A DNA stretch of 64,000 bases from Naegleria gruberi (Eukaryota). Both the position numbers and the translations under genes were made by a program. The notes below the pieces were generated by a model. It made no database searches and had not been told where the DNA came from. It was given only the letters and a program-made list of their open reading frames with translations. The DNA lies in the NCBI GenBank assembly GCA_000004985.1, contig GG738894.1; one strand, given 5' to 3'. This document shows, piece after piece, positions 55,144 through 64,000 of this stretch (the stretch's first letter is position 1; each line of letters opens with the position of its first letter).

Positions 55144-55965
55144 TCAAACTTCTTTCCTTTTACAGAAAATCAAACAGCTCCAAATAAATACTGTTAATAC
55201 AATTGCCAAACAACACAATACAATACAAGCAATTCCTCCTCCTTTGAGACTTGTTTGAAGTGCCAACAATCTGTCCACTTCATCCAAATTTATAATTGGT
55301 TTCACAGAGAGTGTCACATTAGAACTCAACACTCCACTAATCAAAGTAGAATTATTCGAAAATTGATTATTCAAGTTATTGAGATACCACTCTGTTTCAT
55401 TCATGTAGCAGATTCCTTTTCCCAAATTAATGCTTGTCAATTCAATAGTCGAAAATAATCGATTAGTTTCAAGAGTGGTATTTAATTGTGGGAAACGATC
55501 ATCCTCAATTCGAATCAAACTTGCACATTTTTTCACTTTACAAACATTCGTATAATAAGTCGTCGATCCACAATAATAAAAACTATCCACACATTTTGCA
55601 GTAACATTCAACACTGTACAATTCATAACAAATTGATCCCTCACCATACTTTCTCTTTCAATTGAAACCACAACTTTCGAATTGGGTGAACAACATTCGA
55701 ATAACAATCCAGCACTCGCACCCAACAATCCAAGTACCAAGGCAGGTAAAACAAGCACTCCAACCACCAATAAGAACGTCCAATGCTTCCTCCCGAATGC
55801 ATTCTCCAACGAGTGAGGAATACTTGTCGGTCTAGTGCCCAAATTAACAACGACCGTAGTGGATTGTGCAATTTGTGCGTTTTGACCTGCAGAGGCCTCC
55901 CGTGGTGGGATGGCTGCTGGATTGGAATGCGAGGTGGAGGGAATGTGGGCTGGTAGAGTAGACAA
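55144..55965 (-). CDS. Membrane glycoprotein-like ORF without an identifiable ATG start. It may be a pseudogene or a mis-joined 3' portion of the upstream gene.
   Basis: A 273-aa ORF with an internal TM (LLVVGVLVLPALVLGLLGASAGLL) and a C-terminal TM (GIACIVLCCLAIVLTVFIW). The track start is TTG. No ATG exists between it and the stop of the upstream gene at 56075. Confidence 0.3.
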   Translation of the reverse strand: MSTLPAHIPSTSHSNPAAIPPREASAGQNAQIAQSTTVVVNLGTRPTSIPHSLENAFGRKHWTFLLVVGVLVLPALVLGLLGASAGLLFECCSPNSKVVVSIERESMVRDQFVMNCTVLNVTAKCVDSFYYCGSTTYYTNVCKVKKCASLIRIEDDRFPQLNTTLETNRLFSTIELTSINLGKGICYMNETEWYLNNLNNQFSNNSTLISGVLSSNVTLSVKPIINLDEVDRLLALQTSLKGGGIACIVLCCLAIVLTVFIWSCLIFCKRKEV

Positions 55966-56074
55966 TTTTTTTAAAGTTGTTTTTTGATGAATTTACAAAA
56001 ATACTTTACAATAAATTTCTATAATTGATCTACTAGTAGATCAGTATTGATTTATCGTTGATGAGGGAGGACTA

Positions 56075-56965
56075 TTAAACATGATTAACACTTGAATAGT
56101 AATAAACCACTGCTTCAGTTTGTTGCGCAGCATTCGAAGTATTTCTATCCGAATCTTGTTCATAATTCTCCATTGCAGTAGAAGAATACTCAACTGTTGA
56201 AGCTTCTGTATATCTACGTGAATTCTCACCTCTATCTCCCACATTATCAGCATTTTCATTTTCCAATTGATCACTACTTGCATTACTTGTTGAACGATAT
56301 GGATTCTTTCCATTCAAAACATCCAAAACCTTAAAACAACAATTAGAACTCCAATCTCCTTCTGAAATTGTCTTGTGAATTCCAAATGCACAAATTGGTA
56401 AGACACAAAATACTAAAATGAGACCAACAGGGACCAAAATGAATGGAAGAATGCAATTGACATCACATTGGTTGACTGCAGTGGTTGATTGAGTGGAATT
56501 GGAATTGGTTTCAGTTAGGACATTCAGAAATTGTGTTGAAATTTCGTTAGCTGAAACTATTAGAATCGAATGAGTTGACGAATGAATGAGCATGAATAGT
56601 ATAAAGGAGAGAATTAAATATTGTTTCCATTTCAATAACTGAAACTTTTTCTGCAACAATTGTGATTTCATATAATTTCTTCTTGTTTTTTGAATTTTCC
56701 CTTTTTCATATTCATCACATTTGTATTGTTGTAATTTCTTCAACTTATTATTGGTAATAATATTAATAATCCTATTCCTTCTTGTAGTGTCATCTTGATC
56801 ATCGGAATTACAAGTTATAGTAGAATTAATACTACTGTCATATTGTGGTTGTTGCTGAGAGGATTCTCTTCCATGAATTGTCACACTTGATGAATTCTCC
56901 ATCACAGTTGTGGCCCTATCATGACATTGTTGGTGGTGTATGAACATTTTTTGTTTGTTGTTCAT
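56075..56965 (-). CDS. Single-pass membrane protein, unknown function
   Basis: The ORF-track start is TTG. In-frame ATGs lie at 56965 and 56947 (the latter in an A-rich context). TM FILVPVGLILVFCVLPICAF. S/N-rich tail. Confidence 0.4.
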   Translation of the reverse strand: MNNKQKMFIHHQQCHDRATTVMENSSSVTIHGRESSQQQPQYDSSINSTITCNSDDQDDTTRRNRIINIITNNKLKKLQQYKCDEYEKGKIQKTRRNYMKSQLLQKKFQLLKWKQYLILSFILFMLIHSSTHSILIVSANEISTQFLNVLTETNSNSTQSTTAVNQCDVNCILPFILVPVGLILVFCVLPICAFGIHKTISEGDWSSNCCFKVLDVLNGKNPYRSTSNASSDQLENENADNVGDRGENSRRYTEASTVEYSSTAMENYEQDSDRNTSNAAQQTEAVVYYYSSVNHV

Positions 56966-57132
56966 GAAATAGAAGAGACTATTGTGACACAAACAACAAC
57001 TTGCATTAATAACGGCATTGGGTGGAGTTGAAGTTCGATATTGTGCGGCCTCTAATTGTCAAAAATAGTTTTGTTTTATTATTTCATGATCCTCACAAAA
57101 ACGATAACAAGTTATTTGGAGTTCGATAACAA

Positions 57133-59316
57133 TTAGTGAGTTTCAGTTGTTGTGGTGGTAGCTTCTGTTTGTTGAGATTGTTCGTTTGTTGTTTGATTAG
57201 TGGCAGCACCAATACGTTGTTGAATCATATTAACGACAAAGGCTGGATCAATAACGTGTTCGAAAATTAAACCAGATCTTTCCATACCCTTAGAATTGAC
57301 AGTCTTCAAGTAAATTCTATTGTCTTCAGCCCAAACACTCTTAATCTTTTCATAATTGACACTGACCAAGTTCATTCTCAAACGAAGTGGCAATTCAATA
57401 ACTCTAACAATACGTTCAGAGGTGATCAAATAGTGAACACTTCTTCTCTTGAAGAGAGCAAACCAAGTAATGAGGGCAATAACACCCAAAGTAAAGTACA
57501 AATGCAAGAATCCACTGAAAATCTTGAGTTTGAAAATAGAGATACCAGCATGGAGAGTACCATAGGCAATCAAACCAATAACGAATAAAATAAGGGCAAC
57601 CTTGGCAATGACACACAAGATACGTCCAAACTTTCTCTTACCATTACAAGCACCATGTTTCTTACCGTGACATGAAATATTCTTCTTGGCTGGCTTTTCA
57701 TACAATAAGAGAGTTTCAGTTGCCTTGGTAGCAGTTGATCTCATAAGTTTCCAGAACTTGGACAATCTCTTTTGCAATACTCTTTCTTGACGTGGAGTAT
57801 TTTCCATCTGTAAAGTGGAAGAAGAGAGAAGAGTTCTAGACTTTGGTTCTTTTGGATCTTGAATAATAACAGCTGAAGAGGAAACTTCATCGAGTTTGTA
57901 AACTTCTCCAGTACCTTCAAATGGATTGGCAAAGTATTGTCTAATGAATCTATCACAAGAACGTCTACTCTTACCATCCAAAACCTTAAAACCAATAATT
58001 ACAAAGATTACAGTAATAACTACTGAAAGAATCAAGAAACCTGGAATAGCACAACGAAGACTACGACGGAATCTACGAGCAACAGTTTCACGAGTGGCAA
58101 TAACATCTTCATGGTTCTCATCTCCACGACGATCCTTTTGTGGTTGTCTATTGTCAGCAGGAGCAATTGATGAGGATGGTTGTTGTCCTTGTTTACCAGA
58201 GTCAGGTTTAGCTTGATCGTTTGGTTGACCAGATTGTGGTGGTGCTTGCTGATTATCATTAGATGGTGGTGCTTGTGGCTTTGAGCTTTCTAGGATTCTC
58301 TTTTCACCACGACCAGATTGTGGTGGTTGATGTTTGGAGTATCCTCCATGACCCTTTCCTGGCTTTTCCATATCAAAGAACATGTCCATAACTTCCATCA
58401 TTCTCATTCTGTCTTCATCAATATAGCAAGAAATTTCACCAAGTTTAATAACACGATCTCTGCAATCTAAAGTTTGTTGTTGTAATGGATATGAACAAAC
58501 TCTTGACATGATGAAGGATTTCTTGGCAATCTTTGGTGGTTTAGTGTAAGAGTCTGGTCTTGATCTCATTACATGTCTAATTTCTCTAGTGTGTCTGGCA
58601 TGATTAGCAATTGAATGATGACCAGGATGGAATTCATCATGACCTGGACCACCAGGACCCAAGTTTCTGTGTGCAACTGAAACATTCAATTCGAGATAGT
58701 ACACTCCACGATCATAGTCAAAGTGTACAACAGAGTTATCTTGGTCAGTATTGACCTGGCAAACGCTCTTTCTATAATTTAAATGATTGTCAGCACTCTT
58801 ACCAATAGTTAAGAAGAATGCAATGGAGAGGAAAATAAATAAGAGTGAGAATACCCCAACAGCTCTTGGAATTCTTGTCCAAGTCTTACCCTTTAACGAT
58901 TTCAAAAATCTTTTTTGTTGGGCATGTTTACAATTTCTCCACTTCCAGAGCCATGATCTACGAGGAGCTTGTTCTCTTTGTGGCAATGGAATGGTAGTAT
59001 CTTGATTATTGGTAGTAGTAGTGGATGATGGAATTAAATTTTGGTTCATTGGAACTTCTTGTAATTCAACATCATTATGTACAATTGAAGATGGAATTGA
59101 TGATGAAGGAGGAACGTAATTGAATGGAATTGGATTCATACCACTCCATGGATACATGGTTGGGAGGTTATTTGTAGTAGTTTGATTAGCTGTTGATGGA
59201 GTTGTGGAATTTGGTTGTTGTTGATGAACCGTATAATAGGGAACATATTGAAGATCTTCGGAAGCCCCATTCAATGATGGATATTGGGAAGTTGGTTGTT
59301 GTTGTTGATTATTCAT
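57133..59316 (-). CDS. Membrane protein with a P/Q-rich N-terminus and a C-terminal two-helix hairpin followed by a bacterial-type PH (bPH_2/YdbS-YdbT-like) domain
   Basis: First ATG at 59316 (MNNQQQQ; the track start is TTG). Two TM helices near residues 160 and 440. C-terminal LILFVIGLIAYGTLHAG...VIALITWFALF, then RRSVHYLITSERIVRVIELPLRLRMNLVSVNYEKIKSVWAEDNRIYL, which follows the bPH_2 pattern. Confidence 0.45.
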   Translation of the reverse strand: MNNQQQQPTSQYPSLNGASEDLQYVPYYTVHQQQPNSTTPSTANQTTTNNLPTMYPWSGMNPIPFNYVPPSSSIPSSIVHNDVELQEVPMNQNLIPSSTTTTNNQDTTIPLPQREQAPRRSWLWKWRNCKHAQQKRFLKSLKGKTWTRIPRAVGVFSLLFIFLSIAFFLTIGKSADNHLNYRKSVCQVNTDQDNSVVHFDYDRGVYYLELNVSVAHRNLGPGGPGHDEFHPGHHSIANHARHTREIRHVMRSRPDSYTKPPKIAKKSFIMSRVCSYPLQQQTLDCRDRVIKLGEISCYIDEDRMRMMEVMDMFFDMEKPGKGHGGYSKHQPPQSGRGEKRILESSKPQAPPSNDNQQAPPQSGQPNDQAKPDSGKQGQQPSSSIAPADNRQPQKDRRGDENHEDVIATRETVARRFRRSLRCAIPGFLILSVVITVIFVIIGFKVLDGKSRRSCDRFIRQYFANPFEGTGEVYKLDEVSSSAVIIQDPKEPKSRTLLSSSTLQMENTPRQERVLQKRLSKFWKLMRSTATKATETLLLYEKPAKKNISCHGKKHGACNGKRKFGRILCVIAKVALILFVIGLIAYGTLHAGISIFKLKIFSGFLHLYFTLGVIALITWFALFKRRSVHYLITSERIVRVIELPLRLRMNLVSVNYEKIKSVWAEDNRIYLKTVNSKGMERSGLIFEHVIDPAFVVNMIQQRIGAATNQTTNEQSQQTEATTTTTETH

Positions 59317-59971
59317 CTTCACTACTAACAATATTTATCTCAACGTGATGACGATGATAATACAATTATTATTAACAAAGGAGATTTTGCCGTTGATGAT
59401 AGTTCGCTATTTAAAAAATGTCGATACAAAAATGCGCGCTAACTGGGTAATGAGTTGGTTTTTTTAATGTTGTTTTTGCTGTTTTGAAAGCAGGAATTAG
59501 AAGGTAATAAAAATGCGACGATTAATACGCCTTAATACAGAGTTCCGTTCCACTAGTACTGTTTACGTTCGCTGATGGTTGACTTGTGAAGGACAATATT
59601 GCAGGGTTTGGAACAACAAAGTAGAAGATGCTATTGTCCTGTTCAGTGATGAAGAACTTTAAATTTTAGAAACTTACTGTTCTGCTCAATAACTATGCAA
59701 TATTACTTTATCTGATCTAATATTGGGTTAGTACTTTATTCCTCGTTATTCGAATGATGTAGAATAGTTGAACAACATGGTTATTGCATGGTTGTATATT
59801 AAATGACACTTCATCTCAACAATTTATTCGCCAAAATATCCTATTCATCCATTCCATTCTCAAAAAGAAATTTCGCCTCCATCCTCATTACAATTAATAT
59901 TTATGCGTTCATTCCAAATCGTCATTTCATAAAAGAGTCGAATTTACAATCTTTCCAAAATCATTGAATGT

Positions 59972-62900
59972 TTAATGCTTGTCACTGGATTTTACCGAAA
60001 GTACAGAAGGACGGGTTGAAGATTTGACAGAGAGTGGAGAGTTTCTGGTATTATTTACATTGTTTGAACTGTTTGTGACTGAGAGCTGTTGTTGGGATTG
60101 TTTGATAGGAGTTGTGTTGACCTGTCTTCCAGTTGTTGTTGATGAGCTTGAACCAGTTGCTGTTGTATTGGATGTGCTTGGAGTACTGGAATACTTTTGA
60201 GAGGTAGTCACAACTTTTCCACTATTAACATTTGTATTGACCTTATTCGTTGCTGTTGGTTGATTAGCAGTTGTAGAACTTGTTGTTGTGGACGTAAGCT
60301 TTGGAACTGTATTGGTTGCAGTTGATTTGTTGGCAGTCTGAGTTGTTGGTTTGACTTCGACTGGTGTGGAGGTAAGTTTTGGAACTGTATTGGTTGCAGT
60401 TGGTTTGTTGGCAGTCTGAGTTGTTGGTTTTACCTCCACTGGTAGTGGTAAAATTTCATTATCTTTCAGAACTGTCTTGGCAGAGGTTGAGGTGAGAATT
60501 TGAGGTTCTTCTCTATTACCACACAATCTATTCTTTCTGCATTTTCCTTTGGCATTGGCACTGATTTCGATACCCCTCTTCTCACTGGTGAAAAGTTTGT
60601 TGAGCATGACGAGAGGGTCCGCATCCGATCCAATATATACATTCGATCCGCTATTGCTAAAAACCTTATTATTTACAATATTTCCGAGTCCTTCCTTTCC
60701 AATCTTGATACCTTCAGCCATGCTATTGTGAATTTGATTATTTTCAATTGTTGGATTTCCACCATCCTTTATAAAAATGTTTGCTTCCAAACTTCCAAAA
60801 ATGTCATTATCAGCAATAGTGCCATGAGCACCTGAATGTATTTGAATTCCAACATGAGGAGAGTCACGAATAGTATTACCAGTAATGGTTGGATCTGCCT
60901 TTTCACAAATTTCCAAAGAAACTCCCTTAAAGGTACACTTTTCGATGGATGCATCACATTTTGATCCCTTCAATTTAACAGTACAATGTGGGAGTTTTCC
61001 AGTTGTTTTGGTATTTGGTTTGTACTCTGAATTGTAAACTATCAAATTTCTAATTTTCGAATATCTGACATTGTCAAAGAGAATGACATCCTCAACATCT
61101 TTTGGTTTGTAAAGAATGGCATGTGATTTTCCTTCCGAAATTCCCTTCAAAAAGACACTTCTGTCAATGAGAATTTGTTCCTTATAAACTCCAGGTCGAA
61201 TATTAATAATTGGTGTTGTGAGTGGTCTGGTTGGTTTGATGATTTTTCTTCCGTCTGATGGCCTCACAATGAAAGGCAAGTTGAATTTTTGCATTAAAAG
61301 TCTCTGCTTATCAACAAGTGAAATGTCAAGATTGGAGAGTGGATTACTCTTGACTGGATTGTTTGTTCCCAACATGACTCCTCCACTCGATCCACAATCT
61401 TCATACTCTCCAATATCTCCCAAATTACCAGTTCTAAAACTACTGGCCTTCTTTAGCGAGCCCGAGTCTGAGAAGGCATTCTTCATGGAACTGGCTGAAA
61501 AGGTTTTTGTCAATGAATGAGATGGTAGTGGCCTCTTTGGTATAATTTTCGTAATATCCATTGGAAGAGCATTGATAGCTGTTTGAATGGATGTATAGTC
61601 TCCCTTTCCATTAATATCTACTGTATATTCGAGTGAGTTTTGGAGAGGAATACTTCTCAATTCGGTCAATATTTGAGAGAAGGTTGGACGTTCGTCTGGA
61701 TCCTGTAAACAACAAGTCGAAACCAATCTAACAAAGCAATCAATAATTGGTGATTCTTGTGCCAATTTTTCAGCATTTTCAATCTTTGGTCTTTGTCCCA
61801 TAATTACCTGTGAAGCTACAGTGAATGGATTTTGAACATCGTGAAATGGAATTAAGTGAGTAATCAACTCGTACATGACCATTCCGAAACTGTAAACGTC
61901 AGCTTTTTCTCCTGAAGATGCTGCAGAACTGAACATTTCCTGTTTTTCAAGTTTCGAATATAATAAGTAAAGTAGTAATATTTGATAATAATTTGTTGCA
62001 TAATTTGAATAATAAATTGATATTAAAAGTCAATGCAAAAATACTTACTGGAGCCATCCATCCAGATGTACCTTTCATACCAGATACTCCTGAATTTCTA
62101 TTTCTCACAGAAGACAATCCAAAATCTGAAATTTTCGAAATCAAATTCTTATCCAACAACACGTTATGACTCTTCAAATCTCTGTGAATGATTGGTTTTG
62201 GTCTCGAGTGCAAATGATGCATTCCTTCGGCAATATCAATGGCAATTTGTAATTTCATTTCATTGCTGAGAATTGGTTGTGATTGGAGGAATTTCTTGTA
62301 CTTGTCTGCTTGTTCATCCTCATCATCCATTGGAGATTCGACAATGGTGAGTCCAGTTCCGAGAAGTTTCTTTGTGGTTGGTGTGATCACTTGTCTATTG
62401 TTTTGTTGATTTGAAGGAGGTTTTAATTTGCCATTCTGTGATGATTCATTGGTTGGTGAGAGTTGAGAAGAGTTTTGTTTCTTGGATTTCATCAGAGGTT
62501 CATAGTCATACTCTGGAAAGGTTGTTTCTAATACTTTATGAAGAGAGAAGGGCAGAAATTCCTATTTTTCAATATTACATTATATATTAATTATATATTA
62601 GAATATTAATATGATGTTGTGTGTTGTTGTTATTAATATTATTCCGAATGATGTTTTCCAATTAATTAAATTAAACATTATAATAACAATTAAATTGTTG
62701 GAAGAAGTTAAACACAAATATAATGGAGAGAAGAGTCATAAGAAGAAGAAGAAATTACACTTAGAAAAGAGAGAAATAATTAAACAACTCACCATAACAA
62801 TATAAACACACTGACTATCATCGGACCAACCAAAAACATTCAAAATATTGGAATGTTGTACTCGTAACATGATGGCAATTTCATTCAAAGTCTCCTTCCA

Positions 62901-63466
62901 CAATTCATCATCATCACTATAGCTAGCAAGTCCAATCTTATTTCTTGGTGTTCGACAATTCTCGGGTATGAACAATTGTTTAATAGCACAAACTTCACCA
63001 TCATAGGTTCCCTTACTATTATCATCATCATCATTCGTTATTATTAATTGTTATTATTAATTCATATAATTCAAATATAATGGTTTAAATTCCAAATCAA
63101 AATATTACAGCAATATTTGGATAGATTACATTGTATATAATGGCAATCAGGATGATTTTAATTTTTCATAATTTGTAATTGTATCCGTTATGAAGATATG
63201 AAATTAATTGGCAAAGGAAAAGATTTGATAATTAAAAACATTAACAAAGGAAATGATAGAACGATCATTGAATCAACTACTGAACAGACAAATTAAACAA
63301 CAACATACTTTACAAAGCCTTTAAATAATATATATTAAAAAAACGAGGGAAAATATATTGAAAACATACCAAAACCTCCTTTACCAATCTTTTCTCCAAA
63401 TTCTAAATCCTCCTTATCAATTCGAAATTCTTTAATTTCGTCTTCCAAATCTCCGATATTATTCAT
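59972..63466 (-). CDS. TKL-like protein kinase with a large kinase-insert, fused to a C-terminal parallel beta-helix (PbH1 repeats) and a repeat-encoded T/P/S-rich tail. At least 4 exons.
   Basis: Exon 1 63466-63370 (MNNIGDLEDEIKEFRIDKEDLEFGEKIGKGGFG). A GTATGT intron. Exon 2 about 63010-62762 (GTYDGEVCAIKQL...CVYIVM). A GTGAGT intron. Exon 3 about 62535-62047 (HRDLKSHNVLLD, DFGLSS, GTSGWMAP). A 110-nt GTAAGT intron. Exon 4 61936-59972 (EMFSS..., then NTIRDSPHVGIQIHSGAHGTIADNDI-type beta-helix turns, then a TQTANKPTATNTVPKLTST tandem repeat). Confidence 0.7.
60290..60440. repeat. Two tandem copies of about 75 bp inside the kinase/beta-helix CDS. They encode duplicated PVEVKPTTQTANK(P/S)TATNTVPKLTST.
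   Basis: 60289-60363 and 60364-60438 are near-identical (ggaactgtattggttgcagttg(a/g)tttgttggcagtctgagttgttggttt...). Confidence 0.6.
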
Positions 63467-64000
63467 CTTCTTTGGATTGTAAAACTAAAGGTTGTTGCAA
63501 CGACTGTAAATATTTCGTTTTTTATATATATTTGATTATTGTATTGGGTATCGTGTTGTTTTGTTCACTTTCTTGATGGACTTTGAAAAAAGGTCAATGT
63601 CCACTGATGTCTATTGTTTTTTTTTAACTTGACGAGTGACAATCGGGCTCATTCTTGGGTCATCCAGAAAACAACATTGATTTTGTCGTTCAAGCAAAAA
63701 GCAATTCTCTATCTTTTACCTTGCATTTTACCAACAGCAAACAAAGTAAACGCCAAAAATAGAAGAAATGGCTGGTTTCATGGTTCACCGAGTTGTAAAT
63801 TATTTTGGCGCACTCTAAGAAAATGCACAACATTTACCAAGTTTGTTAGGATGAGATTTTACCTGCAACGATTCAAAGAACGTTGAGAGTAATCACTTGT
63901 TTATTGAATTGGTAGAAGGGTAGAAGAAAAGAAGGCTTCCCTAGAAAATGAAGATGATTGAAAAATCTCCAAATCAGAATCAGAAATGAATTAAGAGAAC

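Noticed and set aside
1-64000. Possibility of a prokaryotic defence island, operon or CRISPR system, as the task framing suggests
   Set aside because: The sequence has telomere repeats, spliceosomal introns, A-rich Kozak-like start contexts, monocistronic genes on both strands and eukaryote-specific domains (kinesin, PH, C2, F-box, BTB, AT-hook). No direct-repeat/spacer arrays and no Shine-Dalgarno spacing are visible.
63614-64000. Possible gene at the right edge (90-aa plus-strand ORF, and a short MKMIEKSPNQNQK ORF)
   Set aside because: It is too short or low-complexity and runs off the window. The region may hold the promoter of the kinase gene or a gene mostly outside the window.

Overview
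This window reads as the left end of a eukaryotic nuclear chromosome from an AT-rich unicellular organism. It is not a prokaryotic locus. The A/T-rich genome, N/Q/S-rich low-complexity coding tracts, gene repertoire (hybrid histidine kinase, TKL-type kinases, F-box proteins, AT-hook proteins), A-rich sequence before every start codon and short GT-AG introns suggest an amoebozoan, for example a dictyostelid, or a similar protist. A heterolobosean or early-diverging fungus cannot be excluded from sequence alone. The window opens with about 48 tandem CCCAAA units at 1-290, the C-strand of a T3G3-type telomere. An extremely AT-rich subtelomere follows at 291-1094, then a 2,190-nt run of N at 1095-3284, which is an assembly gap. 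From 3285 to the end there are about 30 densely packed protein-coding genes, roughly one per 2 kb, on both strands. Many are intronless: the histidine kinase, acyl-CoA oxidase, receptor kinase, Zn2Cys6-BTB protein and a 734-aa unknown. Others carry short spliceosomal introns of about 41-110 nt, with one of about 370 nt, and GTAAGT or GTATGT 5' splice sites. Recognisable products include an NHL-repeat secreted protein (truncated by the gap), a kinesin with a coiled-coil stalk and C-terminal PH domain, a hybrid sensor histidine kinase, a PTS2-bearing acyl-CoA oxidase, a GPS/GAIN-like ectodomain fused to a Ser/Thr kinase, a PL7-type alginate-lyase-like protein, a YqiA-like esterase, a Zn2Cys6-BTB fusion, a CocE/NonD (S15) hydrolase, a YjjX-type NTPase, two tandem AT-hook paralogs, a C2-domain protein, a Mn-type CDF transporter (frame disrupted), an S10 serine carboxypeptidase (multi-exon, apparently C-terminally truncated), an F-box plus degenerate Ras-like GTPase, a bacterial YfbS-type SLC13/TrkA-C permease with a eukaryote-style N-terminal ectodomain, a membrane protein with a bacterial-type PH (bPH_2-like) domain, and a TKL kinase fused to a parallel beta-helix with a repeat-encoded T/P-rich linker. 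I see no rRNA, tRNA, CRISPR array, operon or classical transposon. The noteworthy themes are the telomere itself, several bacterial-type (likely horizontally acquired) enzymes and transporters embedded among typical eukaryotic genes, unusual domain fusions, local duplications, and a few frame or splice anomalies that are either pseudogenisation or assembly indels. ORF-track starts that fall on TTG were moved to the first in-frame ATG with an A-rich upstream context.
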